Shown here: positions 15,129 to 29,040 of the stretch, piece by piece
Position numbering within the stretch: the stretch's first letter is position 1
Layout: every line of letters begins with the position of its first letter
NCBI GenBank assembly: GCA_964016885.1
Contig: OZ024740.1
Location: 161,324,001-161,388,000 of the forward strand
DNA from: Eledone cirrhosa
Taxonomy: Eukaryota
DNA: 64,000 nucleotides
Direction: 5' to 3'
Program-made: the position numbers and the translations under genes
Notes under the pieces: generated by a model
The model's database searches: none
Told to the model about the DNA's origin: nothing
Seen by the model: only the letters and a program-made list of their open reading frames with translations

Positions 15129-16409
15129 TTGTGAGAAATACTTTCACTGAGCTTTATACCAAACGCAAATAAATTTGCCAAACGTGAATAAATATTTTAT
15201 TTTATTTTTCCCTCTCTGTATAAAGTAATGTTGTCCTAATTAGTTATACCGTTTTGCAAAGGAAATCAAATTCCACTATAGTTTATATTTCATTTCATCC
15301 CTCAAGGACAATAAGGTAAACACCTGTGCTAAATTAATTCAACTACATATTTTCTTTAATGTACACAATTTGTTAACACAAGCTTGCGTGTGGTTTCAAT
15401 GTTCGCTTTAAAATTCTGCGGTTATTAGTTTGATCATACTGTTTAGCATATTAACTAAAGATCTAACATAACATTAGGTCAGTTAAAACCTTATGAAAAA
15501 AGAATTGGTAGTCCAAAACTATGTGGAAGCCAGTCGTATAGGTTGTTGTTGTTATTGGGGTTTGGCTGTAATCTTATGCTCATTGCCAGCTAAGTAAAAC
15601 TCTTAGGAGGACATTTAAATGTTTCTTTCAACATATCAGACTGCCTGTTGCAGCACAGTCACATTTCAAGTAGACATAAAAGCTATAAATAGCGTGTATA
15701 TATATATAGGCTTAACATGAGAAATAAGAAGAAAGCAAGAACGGAGGTTCCTCATCAGTTGTCTCGGATATTTCAACGCTTTAAAGTGGCAAACTTATAT
15801 TTATATAATTATTGACTCTACAATTAACCCATATTTAAGGGAATATAATTTCTAATCTGGTAGCATGTGAATGAAAAATATGTGATCACTGCTCTAATGC
15901 CAATTGCTGACAAGAACCGAAAGCTATACATTTGCAGGGAAGCGGTACATTTCTGTGTTTATTATATTCTATTGCGTGACTGGTACTTATAATATCGTCA
16001 TCAGAATAATGCAGGGCAGAGTCGGCTTGGGACGGAGTTAAACTTAGAACATCAAGAGATTTAACTAAATAACGTAAGGCATTTTGTTCGGTGTTCCACA
16101 AATTCTACCAATCCAGCGTTATCAATAATCATATCTAAGTTAGACAAAAGACCACAGATTTTGTAAACGGTATATCTTAGATTTGCGAACGGTACACACA
16201 TACACACACATAAATACATACACATTTATTTATATATATATATATACATATATATGTGTGTGTGTGCTTACTCTACAAAACTGGTACTTAATTTTCGATT
16301 TGGCTTGAACTCAGAATATACGGGCCATAACTAAGTATAGTCTGTCATTTTGTTCAATGTAATGCCCTCATCACTGAAAACAATCAATTCGATAGATGGA
16401 GAAAAGAGA

Positions 16410-16626
16410 GGTTTCTGATTTAGGCACAAGGCCATCAATTTGGGGGGAAGAGAAAGTTGATTAAATCGATCCTGGTCCGTTATTGGTCCTTTATTTTATC
16501 GACTCCGTAAGGATGAAAGATAAAGCTAACACGGCGAGAAATTAATTCAGAAAGTAAAAGACCATAAACGAATGCCGCAAAACATGTTGTTCAAGGCTTT
16601 ACCGACACCACTAATCCACCGCCCTT
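16410..16626 (-). mobile_element. tRNA-derived SINE (family A), diverged
   Basis: Similar to the reverse complement of 26880-27067. Confidence 0.75.
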
Positions 16627-16782
16627 AGACAGAAAATAATCAGGAAATGTGTAAATATGTGTGACTGTAATATGTAGAAAATATTAGCATACAAGTATGC
16701 ATATTGACATTAATGATATATTTGTATCTGCATGTATGTACACACACAATGATATATTTTTATCTGCATGTATGTACCACCC

Positions 16783-17481
<699 letters not shown>

Positions 17482-17778
17482 TGGTGAAAACAATATAGGC
17501 AAACAAATTTATCAAAGACTAAATTCTTACCAAACCTTATTAAAGTTATAGAAACTCTCAGTGCAAATGGCAGCTTTAGAATTGATTGCACAAGAGGTCT
17601 GGGAACAGTAACCTTTCGAGAATTACTTGTACACTTGGCATAAAAATTGGTTTCAATGCCACGCACAACGTTATGACCAGCGTAAAAGAAAATGTTTGAA
17701 TCACTATTCCAAGTAATAACTTTGAGCGAAAAGAAACACACACACAACCACGCACGCACACGATTATATATATATATA

Positions 17779-17838
<60 letters not shown>

Positions 17839-17974
17839 CTGTGTGTGTATACTGACATGCTCCCACACACGCGTGCTAACTAATTGTTTCATATTTTCCT
17901 ATACCTATTGTTCCTTCTGGCAGAAAATGGAGGTTTAAGTCTGAATATGTAACTCCAATTAAAGTACGTATGTC

Positions 17975-18009
<35 letters not shown>

Positions 18010-18014
18010 ATGTG

Positions 18015-18052
<38 letters not shown>

Positions 18053-18642
18053 TGTATATATATATATATAAATATATAATCATAAACGCACACATACATC
18101 ACACACAACATTTTTAGTCTACCAAATACAAGGAAGTATTTTAATGAAATACGAAAGTAAGTTGAGCTGTGAAAGATAATAACAAAGAGAGCAATTGCGG
18201 TACTTTAGAAGTAATGTATGCTATATGTTCTACTGCTCAGACCGACTTTCACTAACTTGTGAAATTTCTGTCTGCGTTAATTATCATCTTTCTGGACTTT
18301 CTTCATCATTTAGAAACGCCTGCTTTGAATACTTAATATCTGCAGGTGGCTAATTGGCCACGTCGTTGGTCTTATAGATTCAACAGTTCACGTTTCATAA
18401 GCTGTCAATTACTTCTGTGGTTACGTCAAAGGCAATTAGTTGAAGTGGAGCGGGAGACTTAGATGAAACTTTTATGATATTCATTATTCCTGTTGGATGT
18501 TATTGACGTATACGATTGTAATTTTTTTTTTTTTTTTAAGTATTAATTTCATCTTATATCCGTACTTAAATCTGTACGGAGTTACAATCTTGTTTTCCGA
18601 TCGTCATTAGGCGTCTTACTCTTCAATGGTTCCCTATTCCGG

Positions 18643-18742
<100 letters not shown>

Positions 18743-18776
18743 CGTATTTAAGAAAGCCACAACAATGCAGAGGGAA

Positions 18777-18836
<60 letters not shown>

Positions 18837-18957
18837 CATATATATATATATACATGCATATATATATATACATTACATACATATATATACATACATACAT
18901 ACATATATATATACATACATACATATATATATATACATAAATACATACATATATACA

Positions 18958-19270
18958 TGATGGTTGCCCTCTCGTTATCGAGTATGGCCATTGCGCGATA
19001 TACCATTATTAATAATTATTAATTGATTCTATTGTGCAATGCCTGTGCGTGAAGATATTTTTTAAAGTGAGGAAAGACTGCACTGAGCCAATCCCACTCT
19101 CTGACAGTAGCTATAACCCGAAAAGAAGAAAAGATGAACGTCATCGATAACTACTGAGCCACAGGTTTTATATCGGAGTTATCCCAGTTTCCTGAGTTGC
19201 CTCCTCCTAGAAGAATGCCCTGACAAAGGCTAGGTGTCCTTCACTCCCAGTGGTTTAACCACGCGGTACA
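18958..19270 (-). mobile_element. Short non-autonomous RTE derivative (RTE-like 5' region + RTE 3' tail)
   Basis: Its terminus TGGTTGCCCTCTCGTTATCGAGTATGGCCATTGC matches the RTE 3' end at 58470-58503; the minus-strand CTAGGAGGAGGCAACTC motif resembles RTE 5' UTRs. Confidence 0.55.
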
Positions 19271-19464
19271 TGTATATATACATATTTAAACACTTTGGGA
19301 TGTCCGTTGACTCTGATGAGTTCTTCCGCTCTTTGTCAGGTTTTGTTTTTTGTCCTGCAGGGTATCCAAAATCTCCCTCCTCCCCAAGTAAACTTGGTGG
19401 GGTTGCCGGTTAGTCACCGAGGACCCGACCATCCGACAGGTTGCACTGGGTTACCATACATACA

Positions 19465-19498
<34 letters not shown>

Positions 19499-19879
19499 CA
19501 TATATACATATATATAGATATATATATATATATGTATATATATATATTCAGGAACTGATTATACAGAGCTGTAGAAATGGGTTGCGACGTCAGTAATGCC
19601 AAACTGTATCGGCCATTACCTTTCCTTTGAACATCATCGATGGCGTGGAGAGAGTAGACTTGCATGCATAAGTGACTGCTAGTCTTCCACAAATACACCT
19701 TCCTTTTGTGCATCGGAGAGGAACTTTCCGGTGCAAAACCATAACCATTTGTGACCGAAGGGAGCCTACGATACACACACACCAACACTGGTCCAATCCA
19801 CCATTACATGCGTCCCTAGAATCGACAGCAACAAAGCTCTCACTCTCAACGGATCGATTTTTCTCTTTCACCTATTACC

Positions 19880-20340
19880 ACATTACGTTGCCTCTCCATA
19901 GGACGGTTTTTCTTCCCTTTCGTTAGCCCCAGTCATATTCCTCTACCTCTGCTATTTTTCACTTCTACACCTCCATTTATTTAAGGGCGACCACATCTTT
20001 AGGAAACTCCCTCCCCTAGCCCTGCTTCCTTCCGCAACAATACCAAACCCCTCCCTTGATCCAACAGCTGTACTTTCAGTCGGCCACGTCTTTGAGCTCC
20101 GTACCTCGCTGTGAGAATCATCTTCATCAGCTAAACAGGCCGCCCACTGGTGGACAGATTTGCCGAGCATCTTCAGGATATCAGGCTCCGCAATCACCCT
20201 CTAGTCGTTCAGCATTTCTGTTAAGCTGACGACTCTAGACAACATCTCACTGTCTTCAGTTTATTTTCCAATACCGGACACACGTCCCCAGAGGAAAAAC
20301 ACCACATTCTCTCTCTCTTAGATTTCACACCTCACTGCTT
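19880..20340 (+). mobile_element. Decayed PLE GIY-YIG fragment
   Basis: Reading IFIS*TGRPLVDRFAEHLQDIR..VVQHF near 20117-20220 matches YIGETGR.L.DRFAEH. Confidence 0.6.
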
Positions 20341-21121
20341 CCTTAGTTCTTCTACTCTGCACTTTCTTAGAAGTACCATTACACACATCACACCCCTTAG
20401 TTTTACGTGTACACCCAACACACACACACGAAGTGTATAACACACATAGACACGTATGGTACCATGGTTGTAGTAAAGGTGTTAAAATTTGTATAAAACT
20501 AAGCTTTGTTAATAGAATGTCTGTCTTAGCTCGTTGGTCTAAAAGCCGAAACCAAAAGTTTGGAGTAAATCTATTGACAACTTCATTGTTCTGGTGTCTT
20601 TCGTAAACTGGAGCGAACTGCCTTCGACAGCCGAAGGTAGACTATTTTTTCAGGATACCTTTATCTTATGGCAATCGGCAGGTAGCCTCTAGAAAGCCAT
20701 TCCTCCAAACAATTTGGGAACATGTGTCCCAAACAAAGGAATTAAATATCTATGAGGCCAAAAGGTCAGCGTGTGTGGTCATAATTTAGCTTTCTTGGAA
20801 ACAGAAGTTAAAATCCCTCTGCTTAGCTGTACTACACATTCGCCTCTTTTGTCAATCTGAAATATTTTGTTTTTAACCGATATTACTGATCTCTACCACT
20901 TTGAATTACCATTTTTTGCACTGTACCCATCCAGGTGTATCGCTCACCATTCCATTTCCTCTTAAATTCCTGACTTTGACCTACTTACTCCATTTTTCAT
21001 CTAACTACAGTGCGATTATCATATTTTAGAGTACCATTTCTCAAGGGTTTACTGTGATTATCTACCTCACACCTTACCTTGTTGCAATAACACCTTCGTC
21101 CTTTTACATCATGCATGCGCG

Positions 21122-21153
<32 letters not shown>

Positions 21154-22860
21154 CACACACGCACAAACAAACAAACATCTACAAAATGCATAATACACAC
21201 AATATACACATACATACACAGGCACATGCACGTAGACATACACTCACAAACTCCGACAAAAACACTCTTAAAGTATACACTTATATAAAAGACATGCACT
21301 AAATATACACACGTCCGATAAACACAGACACGTGTACTCTGATTCACTCACACATTTACATGCTACAACCGATACACACAAACACCATACAAACCGACAC
21401 GCTCACATTCTATTGCACCTCTATAATCCAAACACCACCTATACCACAGACACAAACAAATAATTCAGGCTCATATGTGCACACTCAACAGAGACTATTC
21501 GAACATATATCTAACGATGTATAATTCACAATGGGGCTCCACGGATGATCATAAGTAATTATAAATAATTCAGGACTGTAATCTTAGTCTCTAGTGAAAA
21601 ATAAAACAGACAGGACATCTCAATACACCACATTAAAGAAAAGTTGATAAGTACTATTACTTCACAGCTTTAAAATCACACACATACAAACATATATTGT
21701 ATTTGTCCTGTGCGCCTCCTAGTTCTGGATTCGAATGTCTCAGCAACGTGATATTTTTTAAACTTACCAAAGAATAGACGTCACACAGCTAGGCCTGTCT
21801 TCTTCTATTCCTCTTGCCTACCTTTTCTATGCCTCCGTGTTTATTGATAAAGTTTCATTCAAAGCAAATTCAACTGCTGTAATATCAGGTGTTTGCAGAA
21901 ACACTGAAGATCCTTAAATGTTGACCGCAGCTAATTATTAGAATCGTGGACTTATTCGCTGCTTGTCTACACCTCGCATCAGCTACCTTCCCCGAGCGAT
22001 ATGGAAGATAATAAGCTTAAGTTGAAATCGCATAGAAGAAGAATAGATGTTCTCATCATACAATACCATATGAAGGCAGAGTATGTAGCACTCCTTAGTT
22101 AGCCTCATCGTTGCTCTTAAGCAGCCTTGAAGAGGAATAGTGGTACTTATCTACAATACTACTTGAGGCTTGGAAATACTGTAACTAACCCTATCATGAC
22201 CCTACACACATATACAACATATATAATTTTGAGTATATACCTTACCCATAAATACTTAATCAGACTAAACCTAGACATTGCAAAAGTACTAATAAACACG
22301 CCTTCTCATACTAAAACTCGGGGTAACAATTAACATACATGCCGAGACCACATAGACACAAGTGACAGTATTACATGCTCTTAATATTAAATCATACGGG
22401 ACTTAACACTTAAGAAACATTAATTAGTCTTGACATTTACTGCAATATAACTCACATTCCCATCTTCAATGAGACACTTTCAGGGCCAATTTCAATGGAA
22501 AACGGTGCCAAGCAAGGCGACATACCTGCAACCACTTTGTTCTCCATCTAATTTGCCGTGCTACTGACATATGCCTTCCAAGACTTCCAAATTGTTGTAT
22601 ACTTGCGAATTAGAACCTCTGGTAAAGTCTTAATCTAAGACGTTTTAACACCAAGTCCAAACCATTTGGCACTCTGGTCAGGGAGTTCCTGTATCCTGGT
22701 GATGCAGATTGTGTGGCACCTACTGTAGAGGATATGCAGTTGATATTGGACACCTTCTCCAAAGCATACGATGTATTTGGACTACATATTAGTATAAAAA
22801 AGACAAAGGCCATGTACACTCCACCAGTTGGGGAAGTGTATCTGGAGCCCTACATTTTCG

Positions 22861-23558
<698 letters not shown>

Positions 23559-23574
23559 TATATATATATATATA

Positions 23575-24336
23575 TAAGAGAGACGTAAAATAAGAAAATT
23601 ATAAAATTAACTTACTTACTAAAATATCACTTCCAACTAATTATTTTCTGGAATGGAGTAAATATATTTTCCGAAGAAGATATAGAGAAGCATTCCGTCG
23701 TCAGGAAAGTCTATTCTCATGTAAGTTTCCAGGCAAAGCGAGGACACTGGAAACTTATTAAAAAATAATTCAGTGGATAGGAAATAGCAAAGCGTGGACT
23801 GAATTCCAAGCCATTGAGAAAATCACTGCCTCTACGTCTGTGGCAAATTCAAAAAGAATCGAACACGTGACATCGAGGTCAATCAGTGGAAAGTGGTTTG
23901 CTAATAAGACAGCGGGCTGCCTACAACCGTAGCAGCAGTCATGGCCAATATTGCTCGACAAATAATTTGGAGATAATAATAAAGAATTCATATCTAGTAA
24001 CATATATATACATACAGATGCATATCAATGCTAGCAAATATATAGGTTTTGTCTTAATGACAGTGTGGTTCAATGCATGGGGTTGCAGAACAATAATATA
24101 AGAGACGTAAAATAAGAAAATTATAAAATTAACTTACTTACTAAAATATCACTTCCAACTAATTAGTTTCTGGAATGGAGTAAATATATTTTCCGAAGAA
24201 GATATGGAGAAGCATTCCGTCGTCAGGAAAGTCTATTCTCATGTAAGTTTCAAGGCAAAGCGAGGACACTGGAAACTTATTAAAAAATAATTCAGTGGAT
24301 AGGAAATAGCAAAGCGTGGACTGAATTCCAAGCCAT

Positions 24337-24337
<1 letters not shown>
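23575..24337. repeat. ~520-bp-period unit with ~240-bp terminal direct repeat, embedded in (TA)n
   Basis: ~23575-23815 recurs at ~24098-24337 with few substitutions. Confidence 0.9.
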
Positions 24338-24405
<68 letters not shown>

Positions 24406-24535
24406 GTGAGGGTTTTTTACAAATTGAAAATTAACCGAGGTGTCCTACACGAGTGAAAGTATAAAGAAAAAGAGATGAAATCGAAAATGCAACTGGAGTC
24501 TTATTTTTTTTTTAAATATATATATTTATTTGGTT

Positions 24536-24573
24536 CCTTTACCGGTTTCGCAGTTCTTCTGCTTTTCAAAATG
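24536..24573 (-). ncRNA. Minimal type I HHR in the inverted pLTR
   Basis: Reverse complement of 27455-27492 with one stem I change. Confidence 0.75.
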
Positions 24574-24946
24574 TGAGTTGAGATGGAGGATCTGTGGTTT
24601 TTCTCACATCTGATTGGTCTCTGAATGTTACTTGTTTTATAGGGAAAAAGTGGCTCGAAATGCCAGGTTTTTCGAGAAGTAATTTTATTGGTTTGTCAAT
24701 AATTATAATAAATTTCGCGCCAGTTCGCGTTACAATAGTTCTTCAAATAAGAGGGGGGTTGTCACAGGTTGTTTTTTCATATATGAGTGTTTGAATTTCT
24801 TTTTACTTGAAAAAAGGGCTCACGAAGGCTTTTTTTTGGTTGGTTATAAATGAAATTATGGCTGTCACGTGAACAAGTTTTCATTAAATTTTTGTGCCCT
24901 TATTTGGAAATCCATTCTGTAGCCTTTTTAGAGAATTTTATGATAA

Positions 24947-25855
24947 GTGAAAGATAATGGTCAAGAGAAATGGATGAGAGAAACTGACATACACTACAAA
25001 CCAACAGATTCCAAACAATATCTGCTATTCACCTCCAACCATCCAAAGCACACGAAGACGAACATTCCTTTTAACCTAGCAAGAAGAATTTGCACAATTG
25101 TCTCCAATTATGAAACGCGAAATAAAAGACTCCAAGAATTAAAGGAAATTCTACTCGAGAGAGAGTACCCACTATTACTAATAAATAATGGAATAGAAAG
25201 GGCTAAAGCAATAGGCATTGATGAATTACGGAAACAGAAACAAATTCAAGGTACGTCCAATATTCTATCATATATCTCAACACACAACCCAAGAAATGTG
25301 GAAGCTTACAACACTATTCACAAGAACATCCCACTACTAAAACAAAACCCAAGAATGAAAAAAGCCCTTGAAACACACAAAATAATCAAAAGCAAAAGAC
25401 AACCAAAATCACTGAAAACATTACTCACCAATGCCAAATTACCTACCACAAACCCACAACCAAGTATCAAAAAATGTGGTCGCTCTAATTTTGGAACCTG
25501 CACTCACCTCATTGAAGGCAACACGTATACATTTAAATCAAGACAAAATTTTACTGTAAAAAATCACTTCACTTGCTCATCAAAAAATCTACTTGATGCC
25601 ATTAAATGTAAAGGATGCAATGAAGATTATATAGGACAAACTAAACTCACACTCAGAAACAGAATGACAGTTCATCGCCAACCACGAGACAGATACCACT
25701 AAGTGCATATCTAGACGTTTGCGCAAGTAATAAGACACCCAAATTCCAAGTCTTCTCATTTTACCTTTGCGCTAACAAAACAACAGAACAAATACGAATA
25801 AATAAGGAAAATATGTTTATTCAAAAATATAGACCAGCATTAAATATGGTTTAAT
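24947..25855 (+). pseudogene. PLE RT thumb + GIY-YIG endonuclease (5'-truncated, frameshift near 25685)
   Basis: TDIHYKPTDSKQYL..HPKH..IPFNLARRI; CSSKNLLDAIKCKGCNEDYIGQT..LRNRMTVHR. Confidence 0.88.
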
Positions 25856-26328
25856 ATACATTATGTCAACACCATAATATGACATACACACACACACATA
25901 ACACCTTCTACTTTAGAAAATAAAAATCCGAACTAAATAAACCTTAACATACGTTTGCACTGACAATACAACAGAACAAATACGAATAAGTAGGGAAAAT
26001 ATGTTCATTCAAAAATATTCCTACTAAAGGAATCATTTTCCTACACACACACACACAATATATATATATATATATATTCTCTTCATCTTAACATGCTAAC
26101 CATACTCCCACACACATAACACCCATACACACACATAACAACCCCCACACCCACAACTCCCTCCCCCATTCCTACTAATAGAACCACTTTCCTACACACA
26201 TATATACACACACACAAAATATATATTCTCTCCATCTTAACATACTCGCACACACACACATAACACCCATATACATACGCACACAACTCCCTCCCCCATT
26301 TCTACTAATAGAATCATCTTCCAATACA

Positions 26329-26403
<75 letters not shown>

Positions 26404-26879
26404 GCACACAAATAAACATACATATCTTTACTTCAATAGAAAATCTGAACTCTGACACCCCAGCGAACTAACCATATTCACTGAACCAGAATAATTCTCC
26501 CAATCCCATTTCTCTTGACCACTATCTTTCCCTTGTCATAACATTCTCTATAAAGGCTACAGAATAGATTTCCAAATAAGGGCGCGTAAATGTAATGAAA
26601 ACTTGTTCACCTGACAGCCAAATTTCATTTATAACCAATCAAATCATGTTTATTTTAAAAAAAGCCTTCGTGAGCCACCTTTTTTTTAAGTAAAGAAATT
26701 CAAACACACACACAGCACACACACACGCACACACAAGCACACAAATAAACATACATATCTTTACTTTCTTTATTCAATAGAAAATTTGAATTCTGACACC
26801 CCAGCGAACTAACCATATTCACTGAACCAGATCAATTCTCCCATCCCTTTCTCTTGACCATTATCTTTCACTTATCATA

Positions 26880-27067
26880 GGGTGGTGGATTGGCAGTATT
26901 GGTAGAGGGTCGGGCGCCATGCCTTGACGCATAGAGTTACGGCCCTTGCTATTCTGAGTTCAAATCCCGCCGAGGTTAACTTTGCCTTTCATCCTTACGG
27001 GGTTGATAAAATAAAGTACCAGTAATGCACTGGGATAATTGCTGGCCTTGTGCCAAAAGTAGAAACA
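26880..27067 (+). mobile_element. tRNA-derived SINE (family A) with 20-bp TSD, inserted in a PLE pLTR
   Basis: A-box-like TGGCAGTATTGG, B-box GAGTTCAAATCC; body GCCTTTCATCCTTACGGGGTTGATAAAATAAAGTACC; TSD ATTATCTTTCACTTATCATA at 26860-26879 and 27068-27087. Confidence 0.92.
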
Positions 27068-27454
27068 ATTATCTTTCACTTATCATAAAATTCTCTAAAA
27101 AGGCTACAGAATGGATTTCCAAATAAGGGCACAAAAATTTAATGAAAACTTGTTCACGTGACAGCCATAATTTCATTTATAACCAACCAAAAAAAAGCCT
27201 TCGTGAGCCCCTTTTTTCAAGTAAAAAGAAATTCAAACACTCATATATGAAAAAACAACCTGTGACAACCCCCCCTCTTATTTGAAGAACTATTGTAACG
27301 CGAACTGGCGCGAAATTTATTATAATTATTGACCAACCAATCAAATTACTTCTCGAAAAACCTGGCATTTCGAGCCACTTTTTCCATATAAAACAAGTAA
27401 CATTCAGAGACCAACCAGATGTGAGAAAAACCACAGACCCTCCATCTCAACTCA

Positions 27455-27492
27455 CCTTTTGAAAAGCAGAAGAACTGCGAAACCGGTAAAGG
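27455..27492 (+). ncRNA. Minimal type I HHR with U3-A8 core and palindromic stem III
   Basis: CCTT-TTGAAAA-GCAG aagaa CTGC-GAAA-CCGG-TA-AAGG. Confidence 0.82.
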
Positions 27493-27568
27493 AACCAAAT
27501 AAATATATATATTTTTTAAAAAAATAAGACTCCAGTTGCATTTTCGATTTCATCTCTTTTTCTCTCTC

Positions 27569-27647
<79 letters not shown>

Positions 27648-28878
27648 GTGTTTGTATGTATATAACCTTATAGACTTACAATCTACTGTCTCACATATAA
27701 CGTTAACAAACATATACCTTTCCATCCACCCCCTTCTCTCAGCCCTCCTCTCACTCCTCCTTCCCTCTCGCCTCTCGCTCTCTTTCTTTTTTTTTCCTTT
27801 CTCTCTTTCTTTCTTTTTCTTTCTCCATTTCTCTCTCTCTCACACACAGACTAATCAATTTCTAATCCTCGCTGTGATTTTAAAGACACAAAAGCACACA
27901 CACAAACACGTATATAGAGCACTTCTTTAGCATACACAGACTTTTCGCCTCACTTTTTTACACCCTCCCCCTCCACCGCCAACCAACCCAACCTCTTTAT
28001 TCAGTTCACAATTTAGAAAAGAAACATTTAGGAAAATCTTCACGCTTCACATCTCTAGATAACATCTTAAATACCTTAATCTACGTAATGAAATAAAAAT
28101 GTCAGCCATGAAATATCAAATGTTATAGTTAAACTTTTGCTGCTGTTGCTTAGACTTGGGTCAACAGGTTAAGCAGATCTACATTAGAGACGTTCCACTC
28201 GTGATCAACCAGTTTTTTATTCAAACATTATCCAGTATGCCTTTTTTGCTCTCCTTAAAGATTACTATCTTTAAGGTGATATTTAAAGATATCTAGCTCG
28301 TATTTATAGATGACCAAACGATGCATAGTGACTGTTTTAGTTTGTGTTGTAGTTTTTGTTTAGCCATAACTCAACTCTGATCAGGCATGCTTATGATCAA
28401 ATGCATTCAAACCTAAAACATCCCTGTATATATATAAGTCCACACCGAATAACGTCTTCTTCCTATTTTAAAACACTAAGGTATGGTTTAGGGATATTTG
28501 GCTTTTATTTATCGCACATCAAGCTACCGTACTGCGACTTCCATGTTGCATCATTCATAGTTTAAGTAGAATTGTGGGTGTTAGAAGAACTGAGCGACAA
28601 ATGAAAGGTACAGTTTTTCCATCAAAGACATGTGCCGACCTTACGACAGACCTCTACGTGTTACCTTGATTTGTTAAAATAATAGTTAAGTCTCTCTCAA
28701 ATTACGCTTTTCCCTGTTTCAAAAAAGGAATAACATAATAGATAATGATGTATAATACAAACTACACCTGAAAAGGCGGATTGTTTACGCATAAAATTAC
28801 TTTGATCATAGCTAAGCTTTACCTGAGGTTAAACGACAACATGAATGAAAGTTACATTGGATTTTGTAGTCCTAGATA

Positions 28879-28928
<50 letters not shown>

Positions 28929-28932
<4 letters not shown>

Positions 28933-29040
28933 ATGTTTGACCCCTGACGGCAGAGCTCAAGCCGTTTCGACGGTTATTTCTGGAGTCCAGAAATAGCCGT
29001 CGAAACGGCTTGAGCTCTGCCGTCGGGGTCAAACATTTTC
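28929..29040. repeat. Near-perfect hairpin with ~55-bp arms at the edge of (TA)n
   Basis: GAAAATGTTTGACCCC...CTGGA g TCCAG...GGGGTCAAACATTTTC. Confidence 0.92.

Larger units (their letters stand above)
24465..27570 (+). mobile_element. Penelope-like element (Neptune-like): inverted 5' pLTR, truncated ORF, tandem 3' pLTRs
   Basis: ~24465-24965 is the reverse complement of the 3' pLTR (~27068-27565); ORF 24947-25855; partial tandem pLTR at ~26400-26700. Confidence 0.9.

Noticed and set aside
15740-15770. CTGATGA on the minus strand followed by a short hairpin
   Set aside because: No GAAA or stem III follows.
19305-19345. CTGATGAG hammerhead-like start
   Set aside because: No stem II/GAAA/UH arrangement.
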